The notes beneath the pieces were generated by a model. That model was given only the letters and a program-made list of their open reading frames with translations, was not told where the DNA came from and ran no database searches. 64,000 nt of DNA from Nitrosopumilus sp. (lineage in GTDB: Archaea > Thermoproteota > Nitrososphaeria > Nitrososphaerales > Nitrosopumilaceae), in contig OY763927.2 in assembly GCA_963667665.2 (NCBI GenBank), positions 352,001-416,000 on the forward strand. Reading direction: 5' to 3'. Below, in pieces: positions 48,101-59,194 of the stretch (its first letter is position 1; each line of letters begins with the position of its first letter). The translations under genes and the position numbers were made by a program.

Positions 48101-50241
48101 CAAGACTTGAGTCAATTGAGCGGTACAATCCCGCATCCCAAAACACGACCAGCCAGACGCTGATCTACATGGCAACCTTCAGCGAGAATGTCACAGGGGT
48201 GGATGCATCTGACTTTATTTTGTCTCCTGACAGCACCTGGGGAGGGAACACCTCTGCCTCCACCGGACAGTTCACGCATACAAGATCCCCCAACCTTACC
48301 ATACCTGACCTTGCAACTGTATCTGATACCATCACAGTCTCCAGTTCTGGAACTGTCGCCTCCGTCTCAGTTACAGTAGACATCACGCATAACTACATCG
48401 GCGATCTCAAGATAGACCTCATTGCACCTGACGGCACTACCAGAACGTTGCACGACCGTGAAGGCGGCACTGCGAACAACATATACAAGACGTACACCCT
48501 GCCCTTTGGAAGCGTACCGATCTCAGGCGTCTGGACACTGCAGATAAACGACAACTATGATGTCGATTCCGGAGTCCTGAACAGCTGGACACTTACCATC
48601 GGTTACGGGACTACTCTCAGCCCTGTCACTGACGTCTCAGGTTCAGATGATGTGTACTTTGTGACAGTCTTTGCATCAACTAATGGGATATACAACCTTG
48701 ATCTTATCTCATCAGGTCACGGCATCGCAGATACTGCAAGCAACCCGCTGACCGACACGGATCCCACCGGGGCAGACCAGACATACACTGTCAGCATCAC
48801 GGTTATAGATACCATCTACCCAAGACTTGAGTCAATTGAGCGGTACAATCCCGCATCCCAAAACACGACCAGCCAGACGCTGATCTACATGGCAACCTTC
48901 AGCGAGAATGTCACAGGGGTGGATGCATCTGACTTTATTTTGTCTCCTGACAGCACCTGGGGAGGGAACACCTCTGCCTCCACCGGACAGTTCACGCATA
49001 CAAGATCCCCCAACCTTACCATACCTGACCTTGCAACTGTATCTGATACCATCACAGTCTCCAGTTCTGGAACTGTCGCCTCCGTCTCAGTTACAGTAGA
49101 CATCACGCATAACTACATCGGCGATCTCAAGATAGACCTCATTGCACCTGACGGCACTACCAGAACGTTGCACGACCGTGAAGGCGGCACTGCGAACAAC
49201 ATATACAAGACGTACACCCTGCCCTTTGGAAGCGTACCGATCTCAGGCGTCTGGACACTGCAGATAAACGACAACTATGATGTCGATTCCGGAGTCCTGA
49301 ACAGCTGGACGCTTACGGTCAATTATGCTGATGCTGCCACCATCCCTGTCACCGGCATATCAGGTTCAGATGATGTGTACTATGTGACAGTCTTTGCATC
49401 AACTAATGGGATATACAACCTTGATCTTATCTCATCAGGTCACGGCATCGCAGATACTGCAAGCAACCCGCTGACCGACACGGATCCCACCGGGGCAGAC
49501 CAGACATACACTGTCAGCATCACGGTTATAGATACCATCTACCCAAGACTTGAGTCAATTGAGCGGTACAATCCCGCATCCCAAAACACGACCAGCCAGA
49601 CGCTGATCTACATGGCAACCTTCAGCGAGAATGTCACAGGGGTGGATGCATCTGACTTTATTTTGTCTCCTGACAGCACCTGGGGAGGGAACACCTCTGC
49701 CTCCACCGGACAGTTCACGCATACAAGATCCCCCAACCTTACCATACCTGACCTTGCAACTGTATCTGATACCATCACAGTCTCCAGTTCTGGAACTGTC
49801 GCCTCCGTCTCAGTTACAGTAGACATCACGCATAACTACATCGGCGATCTCAAGATAGACCTCATTGCACCTGACGGCACTACCAGAACGTTGCACGACC
49901 GTAAAGGCGGCACTGCGAACAACATATACAAGACGTACACCCTGCCCTTTGGAAGCGTACCGATCTCAGGCGTCTGGACACTGCAGATAAACGACAACTA
50001 TGATGTCGATTCCGGAGTCCTGAACAGCTGGACACTTACCATCGGTTACGGGACTACTCTCAGCCCTGTCACTGAGGTCTCAGGTTCAGGTGATGTGTAC
50101 TATGTGACAGTCTCTGCATTACAGGACGGGATATACAACCTTGATCTTATCTCATCAGGTCACGGCATCGCAGATACTGCAAGCAACCCGCTGACCGACA
50201 CGGATCCCACCGGGGCAGACCAGACATATACTGTGAGCTAG
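39194..50241 (+). CDS. Giant repetitive surface protein (about 3,680 aa if the frameshift at ~47709 is corrected): signal/TM, beta-propeller repeats, ~20 Ig-like modules, 7 proprotein-convertase P-domains
   Basis: ORFs 39194-47728 and 47809-50241 joined by a 1-nt deletion; GMAFSNDGxKMFV repeats; VDITH.YIGDL.IDL.APDG...G.WTL...G.LNSW P-domain motif. Confidence 0.85.
41461..50235 (+). repeat. Near-perfect 360-bp tandem modules (18 copies, 6 with a ~360-bp P-domain insert)
   Basis: GTTATAGATACCATCTACCC recurs at 41591, 41951, 42311 ... 49525. Confidence 0.95.
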
Positions 50242-50301
50242 TTTGTTGCATAACCTGCCACAGTTCTGATCTGATCGTGTAGCATCTCAGCTATACTTTC
50301 A

Positions 50302-51371
50302 TCATGCCATTGAGATCACCCTCTGAGTTATGTCTATGAACTGGTTGTAGCGCTGGATCTTCAGCGCTATCTCTTGAATAATGTTATCCATTGTTTTTGC
50401 CATTACCGAACTTCCAAATATCCTCTTAAACGCCGAGAAGAATATCTCCACCTGCCATCGTGGACCATATTCTGCGTGTTTTTTCCACTCATTTTGGTTT
50501 TCCGTACGTTCCTTGATGTCCATGTCGTGAAATTTGGCGAGGTTTGTAATGCCGCCACCCAGCTGGTCAAGCGCTGCAATGCCGCGTTCTCGACTGACCC
50601 CTTTTGCCTTGTATTCTGCATTGCGTCTTATTTTGATGATGGGTGTAATGCCATACTCTTTACACGTCTGAAAATTCTCCCGGCTGTCATATCCTGCATC
50701 AGCCCTGATCTCAATCCTGACAGGTTCCGGCGGTGGCCCGGTGCCTGCTTCCATGACTGCTGCGCGCCGTACATCCGGATCGATGCCCATGCTCTTTAGC
50801 GCCTGTCTTATCAGGGGTTCAAACTGCGGGGAGTCGCCAATCGTCTCATCTGTTACCGTAAATCCCAGCACCCGCATGGTATCTTGCTCTATCATAACAC
50901 TGAGTCTTATGAAGCCTGACTTGGTTCTTATCTTGTATTTGTATCGAATGTAGTCGCCCTTGGCAGATGGAGACATGCCGGTGCTGTCTATGATCATCTG
51001 CAATATACTGCCTTTACCCTTGATGGTTATGGTTCTGTCTGTAATGGATGCATCAAGGCTCTTCGTTCTTCTCCACAAGGTAACATGATCAGGTGCATTT
51101 TCCTCGCCCAGAGCAGCTATTGCCATTCCTTTTGCACATCTAAGTGCAATGCCCAACTGCAGACGTATTCCGATTATGGCCATCACCAGGCACTCTGAAT
51201 AGACGAATGGATGACCGTTTTTACCTGCATTCATCTGTTTGAGTTCTTCATCCATTTTGTCGGGAAGAGCCAATGTATCATCTTTCCCCGTTCCACATAC
51301 CTTGCATCATTTTGCGCATGGCTCATATGTAACCGCGACTTTTGTTTGGTTCTGGCACCATCGTGCGTCAT
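50302..51371 (-). pseudogene. IS5-family transposase, frameshifted near the 5' end
   Basis: IDSTG, ADAGYD, RWQVEIFFSAFK; upstream frame MTHDG..YVERG..KW joins DEELKQMN by a frameshift near 51253; candidate end TTTGTTGCATAA at 50242. Confidence 0.85.
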
Positions 51372-51506
51372 GTCTGTTCACCTCTGGAATGTGACATACA
51401 ACTAATTTCGATTAACTTGATGGAGAAAAGAAACTCACAAGTAACGTTAAATTGCCTTATCTAATTACTAAAATATATTAAATAAAAAATTTTTAAAATA
51501 TATTTA

Positions 51507-51650
51507 TTATTTAATTCCACGTTTTAGCATGTCATTTATTACTCTTGAATAACTGCATGTATTATTTTCTTCCCTAATGATTTTTGATTGGATTATACGA
51601 AGTTTTTTATCTAGGTCACTATCTATCATTATGGTAACTCTTTTTGCCAT
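51507..51650 (-). CDS. Small ribbon-helix-helix protein (not in ORF track)
   Basis: Manual translation MAKRVTIMIDSDLDKKLRIIQSKIIREENNTCSYSRVINDMLKRGIK. Confidence 0.65.
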   Translation of the reverse strand: MAKRVTIMIDSDLDKKLRIIQSKIIREENNTCSYSRVINDMLKRGIK

Positions 51651-51771
51651 GTTATTATAATATGATGTTTTTATTTAAGTATTTGGTGTAATTGATCATT
51701 TAATACTCTGTCAAAAAGGTTCTGTAACATCTTCGAGGGAAACATGAAATACAGATCTTCTAAGGATTCGT

Positions 51772-53247
51772 TTATTCTGTAGCCTTGTTTAATGAGGCAT
51801 TTTGTATGATGGTTTTCCATTTATTTTTTCCATCAATTTCAATCATTGAGGCTTCGGCTGGAGTTCTACCTTTTAGAGCTCCATGTTTTTTTGTGAAATT
51901 ATAGTAGACTCTCATTCCATCTAAAATTGGAGTATCCATCTTTTTGAGACCTCTGAAAACCTTTTCACGATCTCTAATTTCACCATTAAGGCGTTCCATC
52001 TTGTTGTTGTTCATATCACCCTTTAGGTGAATATGTCTGATATGGTTAGTTTTCTTGCCAAACACTTTCTTTGATGACTTCATGTAAGCTGGCAATCCGT
52101 CAGTTATGAAATTTCTGGGATTCTTTCCAGCTTGTTTCTTGGTTAATTCTAGTAAATTATCTGCATTGTGTTGAAACTTTGTTGTCGCCATATCACTAGC
52201 TAGCCAAAATCTACTATCATCATCCATTGAAGCAAACAGATAACATTGTTTGCCATTTACCTTAATCCATACCTCATCAGCCCTGAACCAGTCGCCAACT
52301 CTTGGAACTATACCATTGAGATAAACAAAAGTTAGTTTGGAATAATCTGTTTTCATATATGCTTCTGCAACCCATTCATCTTCTGCTGTTACTTTATGTA
52401 GTACACATTCCTCTGGAATTTCCTTTCGTTCACGATAATTCTCAATCCATTTATCTTTAATCTCTTTCCATTTACCATGCTTGTCTATTCTGCCTTCATG
52501 TTTTGTTTTTTCAAATTCGTCATTCTTCCAAAACCCAAACCATGTAGATTTTTTTGAATCATGTGGTACTTTGGCACGAAAAACCATGATGCATGTGATT
52601 ATTCCAACTGGATTAAATAATTCGTTAGGCATACTCATTACCGCTTCCAATGTATGTTTTTTTAACAAATCCTCCTTTTGCGGAGTTGGAGTAGTGGCAC
52701 AACTAACAGGAACAATTGCTACCACCATCCCATTCTTTTCTATACTGTCAAGACAATTAGATATAAAATTCAATTCATGTAATCCTTCACCTTTTTGAGA
52801 ATATGGTGGATTAAGAAAACCTACAGTGCACTTGTGTTTTTCAAGTATTGTGCCAGTCATGGAAAAGCAGTTTTTTTGATATATGTGTGTTTTACCGTCT
52901 CCCCTCAATATCATATTGGCACATGCCAAAGCAAACATGTTTGACTGTTGTTCTATTCCTATCAATTGAGTTTCTTTGATGCCTTTCTTTTTAGATTCAT
53001 CATTTCCAGCTTCATCAGTCATTTTTTTCATGGCACTAATTAAAAAACTGGCTGTTCCACAACAATTATCAAATACAACATCGTCTTTGTCTATATTTGC
53101 AATATCGACAAACAATTCGGTTATGTGTTTGGGAGTAATGACAATTCCTAACCCTTTCTTGTCTCCACCAGTATATCTTAAAAATTCTCCATAGAACTGA
53201 CCAAGTATGTCGATTGATCCGTTAGAATCAGCAAAGGGTAAAAACAT
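51772..53247 (-). CDS. Chimeric ORF: N6-adenine DNA methyltransferase fused in frame to an IS6 DDE catalytic domain
   Basis: FDNCCGTASFL and NPPY, then after ~52325 RADEVW, ITDG, NNNKMERLNGEIR. Confidence 0.85.
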   Translation of the reverse strand: MFLPFADSNGSIDILGQFYGEFLRYTGGDKKGLGIVITPKHITELFVDIANIDKDDVVFDNCCGTASFLISAMKKMTDEAGNDESKKKGIKETQLIGIEQQSNMFALACANMILRGDGKTHIYQKNCFSMTGTILEKHKCTVGFLNPPYSQKGEGLHELNFISNCLDSIEKNGMVVAIVPVSCATTPTPQKEDLLKKHTLEAVMSMPNELFNPVGIITCIMVFRAKVPHDSKKSTWFGFWKNDEFEKTKHEGRIDKHGKWKEIKDKWIENYRERKEIPEECVLHKVTAEDEWVAEAYMKTDYSKLTFVYLNGIVPRVGDWFRADEVWIKVNGKQCYLFASMDDDSRFWLASDMATTKFQHNADNLLELTKKQAGKNPRNFITDGLPAYMKSSKKVFGKKTNHIRHIHLKGDMNNNKMERLNGEIRDREKVFRGLKKMDTPILDGMRVYYNFTKKHGALKGRTPAEASMIEIDGKNKWKTIIQNASLNKATE

Positions 53248-54157
53248 TAATCTCTATATCATGAATCAAACTATGTAGAAGATGAATTGATTTTCTATCA
53301 TTATCTTTTTCTTTAGTCAATTCAGGATGTACTTTGATAAACTGGTATGGATATAGTATAGTTTCCATTTTGTTTTCATCTAATTTTCCAGCAATCAACA
53401 CCTCTTTGATTGTAGTTACCAATAATGTTGCAAGACTTTTTGATGTCTTTTTCTTTGAATAACTTGCTCTGAAACTATCATCCGTCAAAGCTATCAAAAT
53501 ACCGCTTATCAAGAGAGGTTTTTCTGGTTCACTTAATTTTACATTGTCTCTTAAATCATTGTAAAGTTTTTTTGAATATTTCATCAATTTTGAAATATCA
53601 TTTTTCTCTTTTTCAGGGTCTTTTTTGTAAAGTGAAACATAATCTTCAAATTCACGAATGTCTTTATCTAGTTTATCAATTATTTTTTTAGATTTTAATT
53701 GTAAGAATGTAGATACTTTTAATTCAGATTTATTTTGTCCACTTGCTGCAATAGAGATCATCAAATTCCTTTGCCAAATATTCTGAATAAAGTAAAACCC
53801 CATCAACTGCATAATCTTTTGGTTTGTCTCTATTCTTACTTTCATGTTTTTTTGTATCTGCCTTGCACTCTATAATTATTATAAGGTCAGGTATCTCATC
53901 AAACGTAACAATAAATTCAGGACTCCCCCCCCAAACCGCTTTTTGAAGCATTTTTCAACAATTTTTTAATTCTTGGATTCTGCGACTGTTGTTCTTCTAT
54001 GGTTACTTTGGAATATTTTTTTTTGATTTGCCTTTAGAATATCACGCACAATATCTTCAGTAATTCTTTCATTCAATTTTGAATTATCTGAAAATTGATC
54101 TTTAAGATCAAGGGATTTTTTTGATAGCTTTTTAGTCAAAATTTCTAAAGCAACCAT
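53228..54157 (-). pseudogene. Frameshifted N-terminal endonuclease part of a BcgI-alpha-like R-M enzyme
   Basis: Fragments NERITEDIVR, PEFIV..IIIECKAD, AVDGVLLY, SEPEKPLLISG in three ORFs. Confidence 0.75.
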
Positions 54158-54333
54158 TAGAGTATCTTACCTCGTAGGCAGATCAAGTGTTTGATTTGAA
54201 TAGTGCTGACTGTGGGTTTAGACTCAGCAGTATTTTTTGAATTTGGAAAAGATTTGTATTTCATGCTTCCCTCGAAGATGTTACAGAACCGTCAAAAAGA
54301 TCATTTTTATACTAACTAATTCCTGTTAATTTT

Positions 54334-55581
54334 ATGAATAAGTACATTATTTTTTCAGTTGTGGTGGCAGTCGTATTGGTGTCTGTTAGTACTTATTTTC
54401 TATTAATTGATTCAAAAAATATGGATACTCAACTAGTTACATCTGAAACATCGCTACCCTTAACTGTCAATATAGGTGTATTATTGCCTATCACTGGAGT
54501 CATGTCTAGTCATGGACAAGATAGCAATATTGCAACTCAATTTGCAGCTAAAAACTTTAATCAGTATTTAGAATCAGTTGGTGCTACATGGCGGGTAAAT
54601 CTAGTTATGGAAGATTCACAAACTGATCCTGTAATTGCATTAGAAAAACTTCAATCTTTAAACTCCAAGGGCATCAAACTTGTTTTAGGACCCGATTCAA
54701 GTGCAGAAGTTAAAAGCATAAAGTCTTATGTTGATTCTAATGATATGTTAGTGCTTAGTCCTTCTTCAACCGCCCCAAACCTTGCCATTGATGATAATAT
54801 TTTTAGATTAATCCCTGATGACACTAAACAAAGTGTAGTTATTGCTAAAATGCTGGATCATTATGGAATTAAAGTTGTAATTCCAATATACAGGGGTGAT
54901 GTATGGGGTGATGGCCTCTATGAGTCTACAAAATTATCATTTGAGGCCAAAGATGGTATAGTTGATTCAGGCATTCGTTATTCTACTGAAAGTACTGTCT
55001 TTTCCACAGAAGTAAAGCTGTTATCAGATAGTGTATCAAAGTATTCTCAGGATTATAGTACTGATCAAATTGCAGTTTTGTTGATAGGCTTTACAGAATC
55101 TGTACACATTTTAAATTCTGCAAGTTCATATGATGAACTTAACAATGTAAGATGGTTTGGTGCAGATGGCACCACAAATGATGTTAATATATCTAATGAT
55201 AGAATAGCCTCAGAGTTTGCCCAGTCTACTAACTTTACTTCAACTCAGTTCTCTCCATCTAAAAATGAAACCTTTGAGCTGGTTCAAAATCATATAATTG
55301 ACACGGTAGGTTCACCACCTAGTAGTTATGTCTATTCATCATATGATAGCCTGTGGGTGTTGGGTCTGACAATACATCATACAAACTCTATTGATACTAG
55401 TATCTTAAAACAAAACATACCTGAAATTGCATCAAATCATATTGGTGCTATTGGGCAGATAAATTTTAACGAGTATGGTGATTTGTCAGTAGCTGATTAC
55501 GAACTTTGGTCTATTGTTGATGGTAAATGGATTCGTAGTGGACACTATAATGCTTTTACCGATACTCTAGAATTGTTTTGA
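54334..55581 (+). CDS. Branched-chain amino acid ABC transporter substrate-binding protein (LivK-like)
   Basis: IGVLLPITG, SPSSTAP, FRLIPDD, YDSLW; N-terminal TM anchor. Confidence 0.9.
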   Translation: MNKYIIFSVVVAVVLVSVSTYFLLIDSKNMDTQLVTSETSLPLTVNIGVLLPITGVMSSHGQDSNIATQFAAKNFNQYLESVGATWRVNLVMEDSQTDPVIALEKLQSLNSKGIKLVLGPDSSAEVKSIKSYVDSNDMLVLSPSSTAPNLAIDDNIFRLIPDDTKQSVVIAKMLDHYGIKVVIPIYRGDVWGDGLYESTKLSFEAKDGIVDSGIRYSTESTVFSTEVKLLSDSVSKYSQDYSTDQIAVLLIGFTESVHILNSASSYDELNNVRWFGADGTTNDVNISNDRIASEFAQSTNFTSTQFSPSKNETFELVQNHIIDTVGSPPSSYVYSSYDSLWVLGLTIHHTNSIDTSILKQNIPEIASNHIGAIGQINFNEYGDLSVADYELWSIVDGKWIRSGHYNAFTDTLELF

Positions 55582-55931
55582 CACTTAGAATATCTGAGAT
55601 ACAAAAACAATTTGGTGGTAATATTATACTGGACAAAATATCAACTAGTTTTTTACCAAATCGTATTAATCTACTAATTGGTGCAAATGGTTCAGGAAAA
55701 ACAACTCTGATCAACATCATATCTGGATTATTTGGGGCAGATAAAGGGAATATATTTTTCAAAGATTACAACATAACTAATTACAGTTCAGATAAGATTT
55801 TTCTTTTGGGTATAACTAGAACTTTTCAAACACCCCGTCTTTTTGCAAATCTTTCAGTTTTAGAAAATATGTTGCTAGCCTCTACTGAAATTGATGAGTC
55901 TTTTAGTTCTTCGTTATTTGGTATAAATTAG
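55578..55931 (+). pseudogene. Truncated LivG-like ABC ATPase
   Basis: GANGSGKTT, RTFQTPRLF; no signature motif or Walker B. Confidence 0.85.
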
Positions 55932-56085
55932 AAAAAACAACAAAAAAAGTAGAATAGATAAATCTGGAGAAATCAGAATTAATGTTATTGCAACACAAGA
56001 CGAAGTACCTGAGGGGTTGCGTTTATTATTAAACATAATGAGGGATTCCATAAATGGGTCTACTGACCAAACCAAAAAGACATAA
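55927..56085 (+). pseudogene. C-terminal fragment of a DUF2589-like protein
   Basis: Manual translation SRIDKSGEIRINVIATQDEVPEGLRLLLNIM. Confidence 0.5.
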
Positions 56086-56950
56086 GCTAGTTGATCTGAT
56101 AGGCAGCACATCCAAAGCCATATCTGATTCGTATGCTCACACTACAAAATCTGCTCTAGAGTATATTGATGAGAGTCTTGAAAATAAAAATCCCAAGACA
56201 CTTGATTTTAGTATAGGTGGAAAAGATTTTCATTTTCCCATAATTTCATTATACCCTCCACCTGCCCTTACAGTAAAAAAAGCAACTGTCACAATAAAAA
56301 CATCTATTGTTGATATTGAAAATGGTGAAATAATTACAGAAGAACATGATGCAACCTTTGCTATATCCAAAGTACCATGTAATGCTGCAAGTAATACAGC
56401 ACAGTGTACTGAGTTGTCAATTAGTGATGTATTGTTTAGAGAGGCAATGTATGATGAGCCATTCCTTATAGAGGCAATTGATATGAAACGTAAATCAACA
56501 ACACACTTCATGAATGAGGGCTTGTTAATTACTGGCGACTCTCTAAATGATCCTCCTATAACTGAGCTTTCAAAGAAAATCTCATCACAGTCTGGTTTTA
56601 TTGTCTATGAATTAACCAGAACTGATAAGATAAATAACATATGGACTGACCAGTTCGGGTACACTTGGAGTGAATCCAACCCTGGAAACTGGTTCTATGT
56701 AGATGGACCTAAACCAATCGTTTCAAGTGCATGTACTAATACAAACAATAGATACTGTGATGTCTTTGCAGATAAAATCAAATGGCATACTGATAATATG
56801 GAAAAGATGAGGGATTCTATCTATGGTGATATTTACACAATTGCAGAGTTTGATGACTTGGATGATCCTGTCACATTAATAGAAACACCTGGTAACTCTA
56901 GGACTCAGTTCCTGGAGGATAATGGAATGTCTTGGGTTCGTACTGGATAA
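56054..56950 (+). CDS. Probable chimera: DUF2589-like N-terminus joined to an unrelated C-terminus
   Basis: LVDLIG..FPIISLYPPPALTVKKATV resembles DUF2589; character changes near 56350. Confidence 0.5.
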   Translation: MGLLTKPKRHKLVDLIGSTSKAISDSYAHTTKSALEYIDESLENKNPKTLDFSIGGKDFHFPIISLYPPPALTVKKATVTIKTSIVDIENGEIITEEHDATFAISKVPCNAASNTAQCTELSISDVLFREAMYDEPFLIEAIDMKRKSTTHFMNEGLLITGDSLNDPPITELSKKISSQSGFIVYELTRTDKINNIWTDQFGYTWSESNPGNWFYVDGPKPIVSSACTNTNNRYCDVFADKIKWHTDNMEKMRDSIYGDIYTIAEFDDLDDPVTLIETPGNSRTQFLEDNGMSWVRTG

Positions 56951-57545
56951 ATATAAAAAATTATAATCTTATTGAATAGTAGAGGCTCAGCTTACATAAC
57001 TAAACTATTATACTGTGATTAAAACAATAATGGTAGAAGGCTCAGATATGATTCAAATCATATTCGATGATCGAATCAAAATGTCACGGCTTCATCATCG
57101 CCTTCTATTTTTTCATAATATTTTATTAATATCTACTGTTAATCAAACCTTCAATTTTATCTATCTGAGTGCGTTCATGTGGACTTTATTCAACTAGAAT
57201 TAAAACGCTTTTGACTATGGTCTTTTTTTGTAGAATAACATCCAAAGATTGCACTCGATTTCGTTTAGTGTATAAAAATTAATGGATGTGCCTTTTTGCT
57301 TGTAATAATTAAGAATTTTATAATTGATTTTTACCAGAAAACATTTTTATAATTAATAAAAATATAATTAATTCTATTAAATAACATCGTACTAAAAAAA
57401 GATTTCAAATTATTGCGTTTCATAAAATAATTATATTTTATTACTTGTTAATATTTAAAATGATGATTGATTAATATATTCTTTGTCTACGATCGTAACG
57501 TAACCTAATAAATAAATACTCTATTATTTTAACACAATTCTAATA

Positions 57546-58274
57546 GTGATGCTAAAAAATATTTTTCTAGTCTTATTGGTAGTTATAGTGTCACTTACTA
57601 CAAATCATGTATATGGACAGTCTATGAATTCTCAACTTACTCCGACAGATGTAAGTAATCCACCAACTAATCTAATCTCACAATTATTTTTGGGTGATAT
57701 TATTTTATCTTGGAGTTCCCCTACCAATTATCATACTGCATATGATATACAACGCTACAACACTACTGATAGTGTTTGGGTTACTATTGGCACAACAACT
57801 GATGCATCATTTATTATAACAAGTGATAGTAACGATGGGGCTGATACAATTATTGATACAAACAAATATCGTACTATTATTGATAGTGGAACTTCAATAC
57901 TTGAAACAAATGAGATATCTATTCCTCCAATAAGTAGAGTAGCTCCACATGGCATTACTTCTGTGTTAAGTATTGGGCATCAAAGAACAGTATCTACTGC
58001 AGATGAAGAAACACCATACTATACTTCTAATCTTGTGGGTAGTAATACTGTATCATATATCAAAAGTGAGACTACTGTTGAGAGAGGTCATGTTTCATCT
58101 GGGATAGATTCACATCCCTATATTTACATTGATGGTCAATATCATTCATATGCTAATTGTCATTCTGATATTGGATCACCTTCAAATGGTACATTTCCAT
58201 TTTTTTCATTTGACCATATGGTATCTTTTCTTTTTCTTTCATTGGAGGTGATGCAAAAATTTCTTCTGAGATAA
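57546..58274 (+). pseudogene. Secreted fibronectin-III-like protein, 3'-truncated
   Basis: Signal peptide, PPTNL..LSWSSP..YDIQR..W; tail reads antisense into a small minus-strand signal-peptide ORF starting near 58332. Confidence 0.55.
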
Positions 58275-58597
58275 TTGTAAATCCAAATGTTAGTAGTAAC
58301 ATTGACATAAGAACTGCAGTATACTTTTTCATTTCCTTATCTTGTTATTTTTCAAAATTGTTCTTAAGTTAATGTTAGTTGAAAATATTACACAACTTGT
58401 ATTTTTTCCCATTTTTGGGATTTGACATAAATTTTGCTTATTGTTCTTCAAATTCAATGTCATTTTGCAGTTCTTCTGGCAGTCCTACCCACCACTCTTT
58501 ATTGTTATCAGACATACTATCCAAAAAAGATCAAATGTTGCTAATAGATCTGTTGGTTAAATCTTTAAAGTAGTTGTTCAACAAAATCTGACAAAAT

Positions 58598-59071
58598 CTA
58601 ATCTTTCGAATAACTGATATCTGATGTGTCATCTGAAATCTTAATTTTTACAACAAGTGTATCTCCTAATTTGTTAAACACTCTCTGACGTTTCTCATTA
58701 GTTAGAATCCAGCCTAGAAGTACATCTACTGGAAGTAAAAATGCTTTTCCAAAACTACCAATAATGACTCCTTTCAAGCTAGGACTGTTTCCAGATATAT
58801 TAGTCACCTTCAAATTTAGAATTTTCTTCCCAATTGTTTGACCTGTTTTATACTCTAAGATTATCCAATATGCAAAAAATAAGAGACTTGTTGGAATGTA
58901 TTGTGTGCTTTTTGCCAAAATTGCATCTTCATCATAATCTATTGTTCCAAATGATGCAAAAATTATGGATGTTGAAATTATTGAAATTATTATAAAATCA
59001 ATTAACCAAGCAAGGAATCTATCTGTCCATTTTGCAAGAATTATTTTTGAAGATACCCCTGAATCACTCAT
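58598..59071 (-). CDS. RDD family protein
   Basis: RFLAWLID, GQTIGKKILNLKV, QRVFNKLGDT. Confidence 0.92.
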   Translation of the reverse strand: MSDSGVSSKIILAKWTDRFLAWLIDFIIISIISTSIIFASFGTIDYDEDAILAKSTQYIPTSLLFFAYWIILEYKTGQTIGKKILNLKVTNISGNSPSLKGVIIGSFGKAFLLPVDVLLGWILTNEKRQRVFNKLGDTLVVKIKISDDTSDISYSKD

Positions 59072-59194
59072 GAGATTATTGATGATTTCAAATTAATAAA
59101 ATGTGTTATGGATGACAGGTTGTTATAATTAATCAACCCACTTCTAAACTTCAATACTCTTAAGTTCATACAAAATTTAGATAATTATCATACA

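Larger units (their letters stand above)
51718..54290 (-). mobile_element. IS6-family transposon with a restriction-modification passenger
   Basis: ~40-bp TIRs GGTTCTGTAACATCTTCGAGGGAA(A/G)CATGAAATACA(G/A)ATCT; 8-bp TSD GTCAAAAA at 51710-51717 and 54291-54298. Confidence 0.93.

Noticed and set aside
44554-49829. Repeated 63-aa and 73-aa alternative-frame ORFs
   Set aside because: Shadows of the repeated P-domain module
39194-50241. Diversity-generating retroelement behind the repeat variation
   Set aside because: No reverse transcriptase in the window and differences are not adenine-specific
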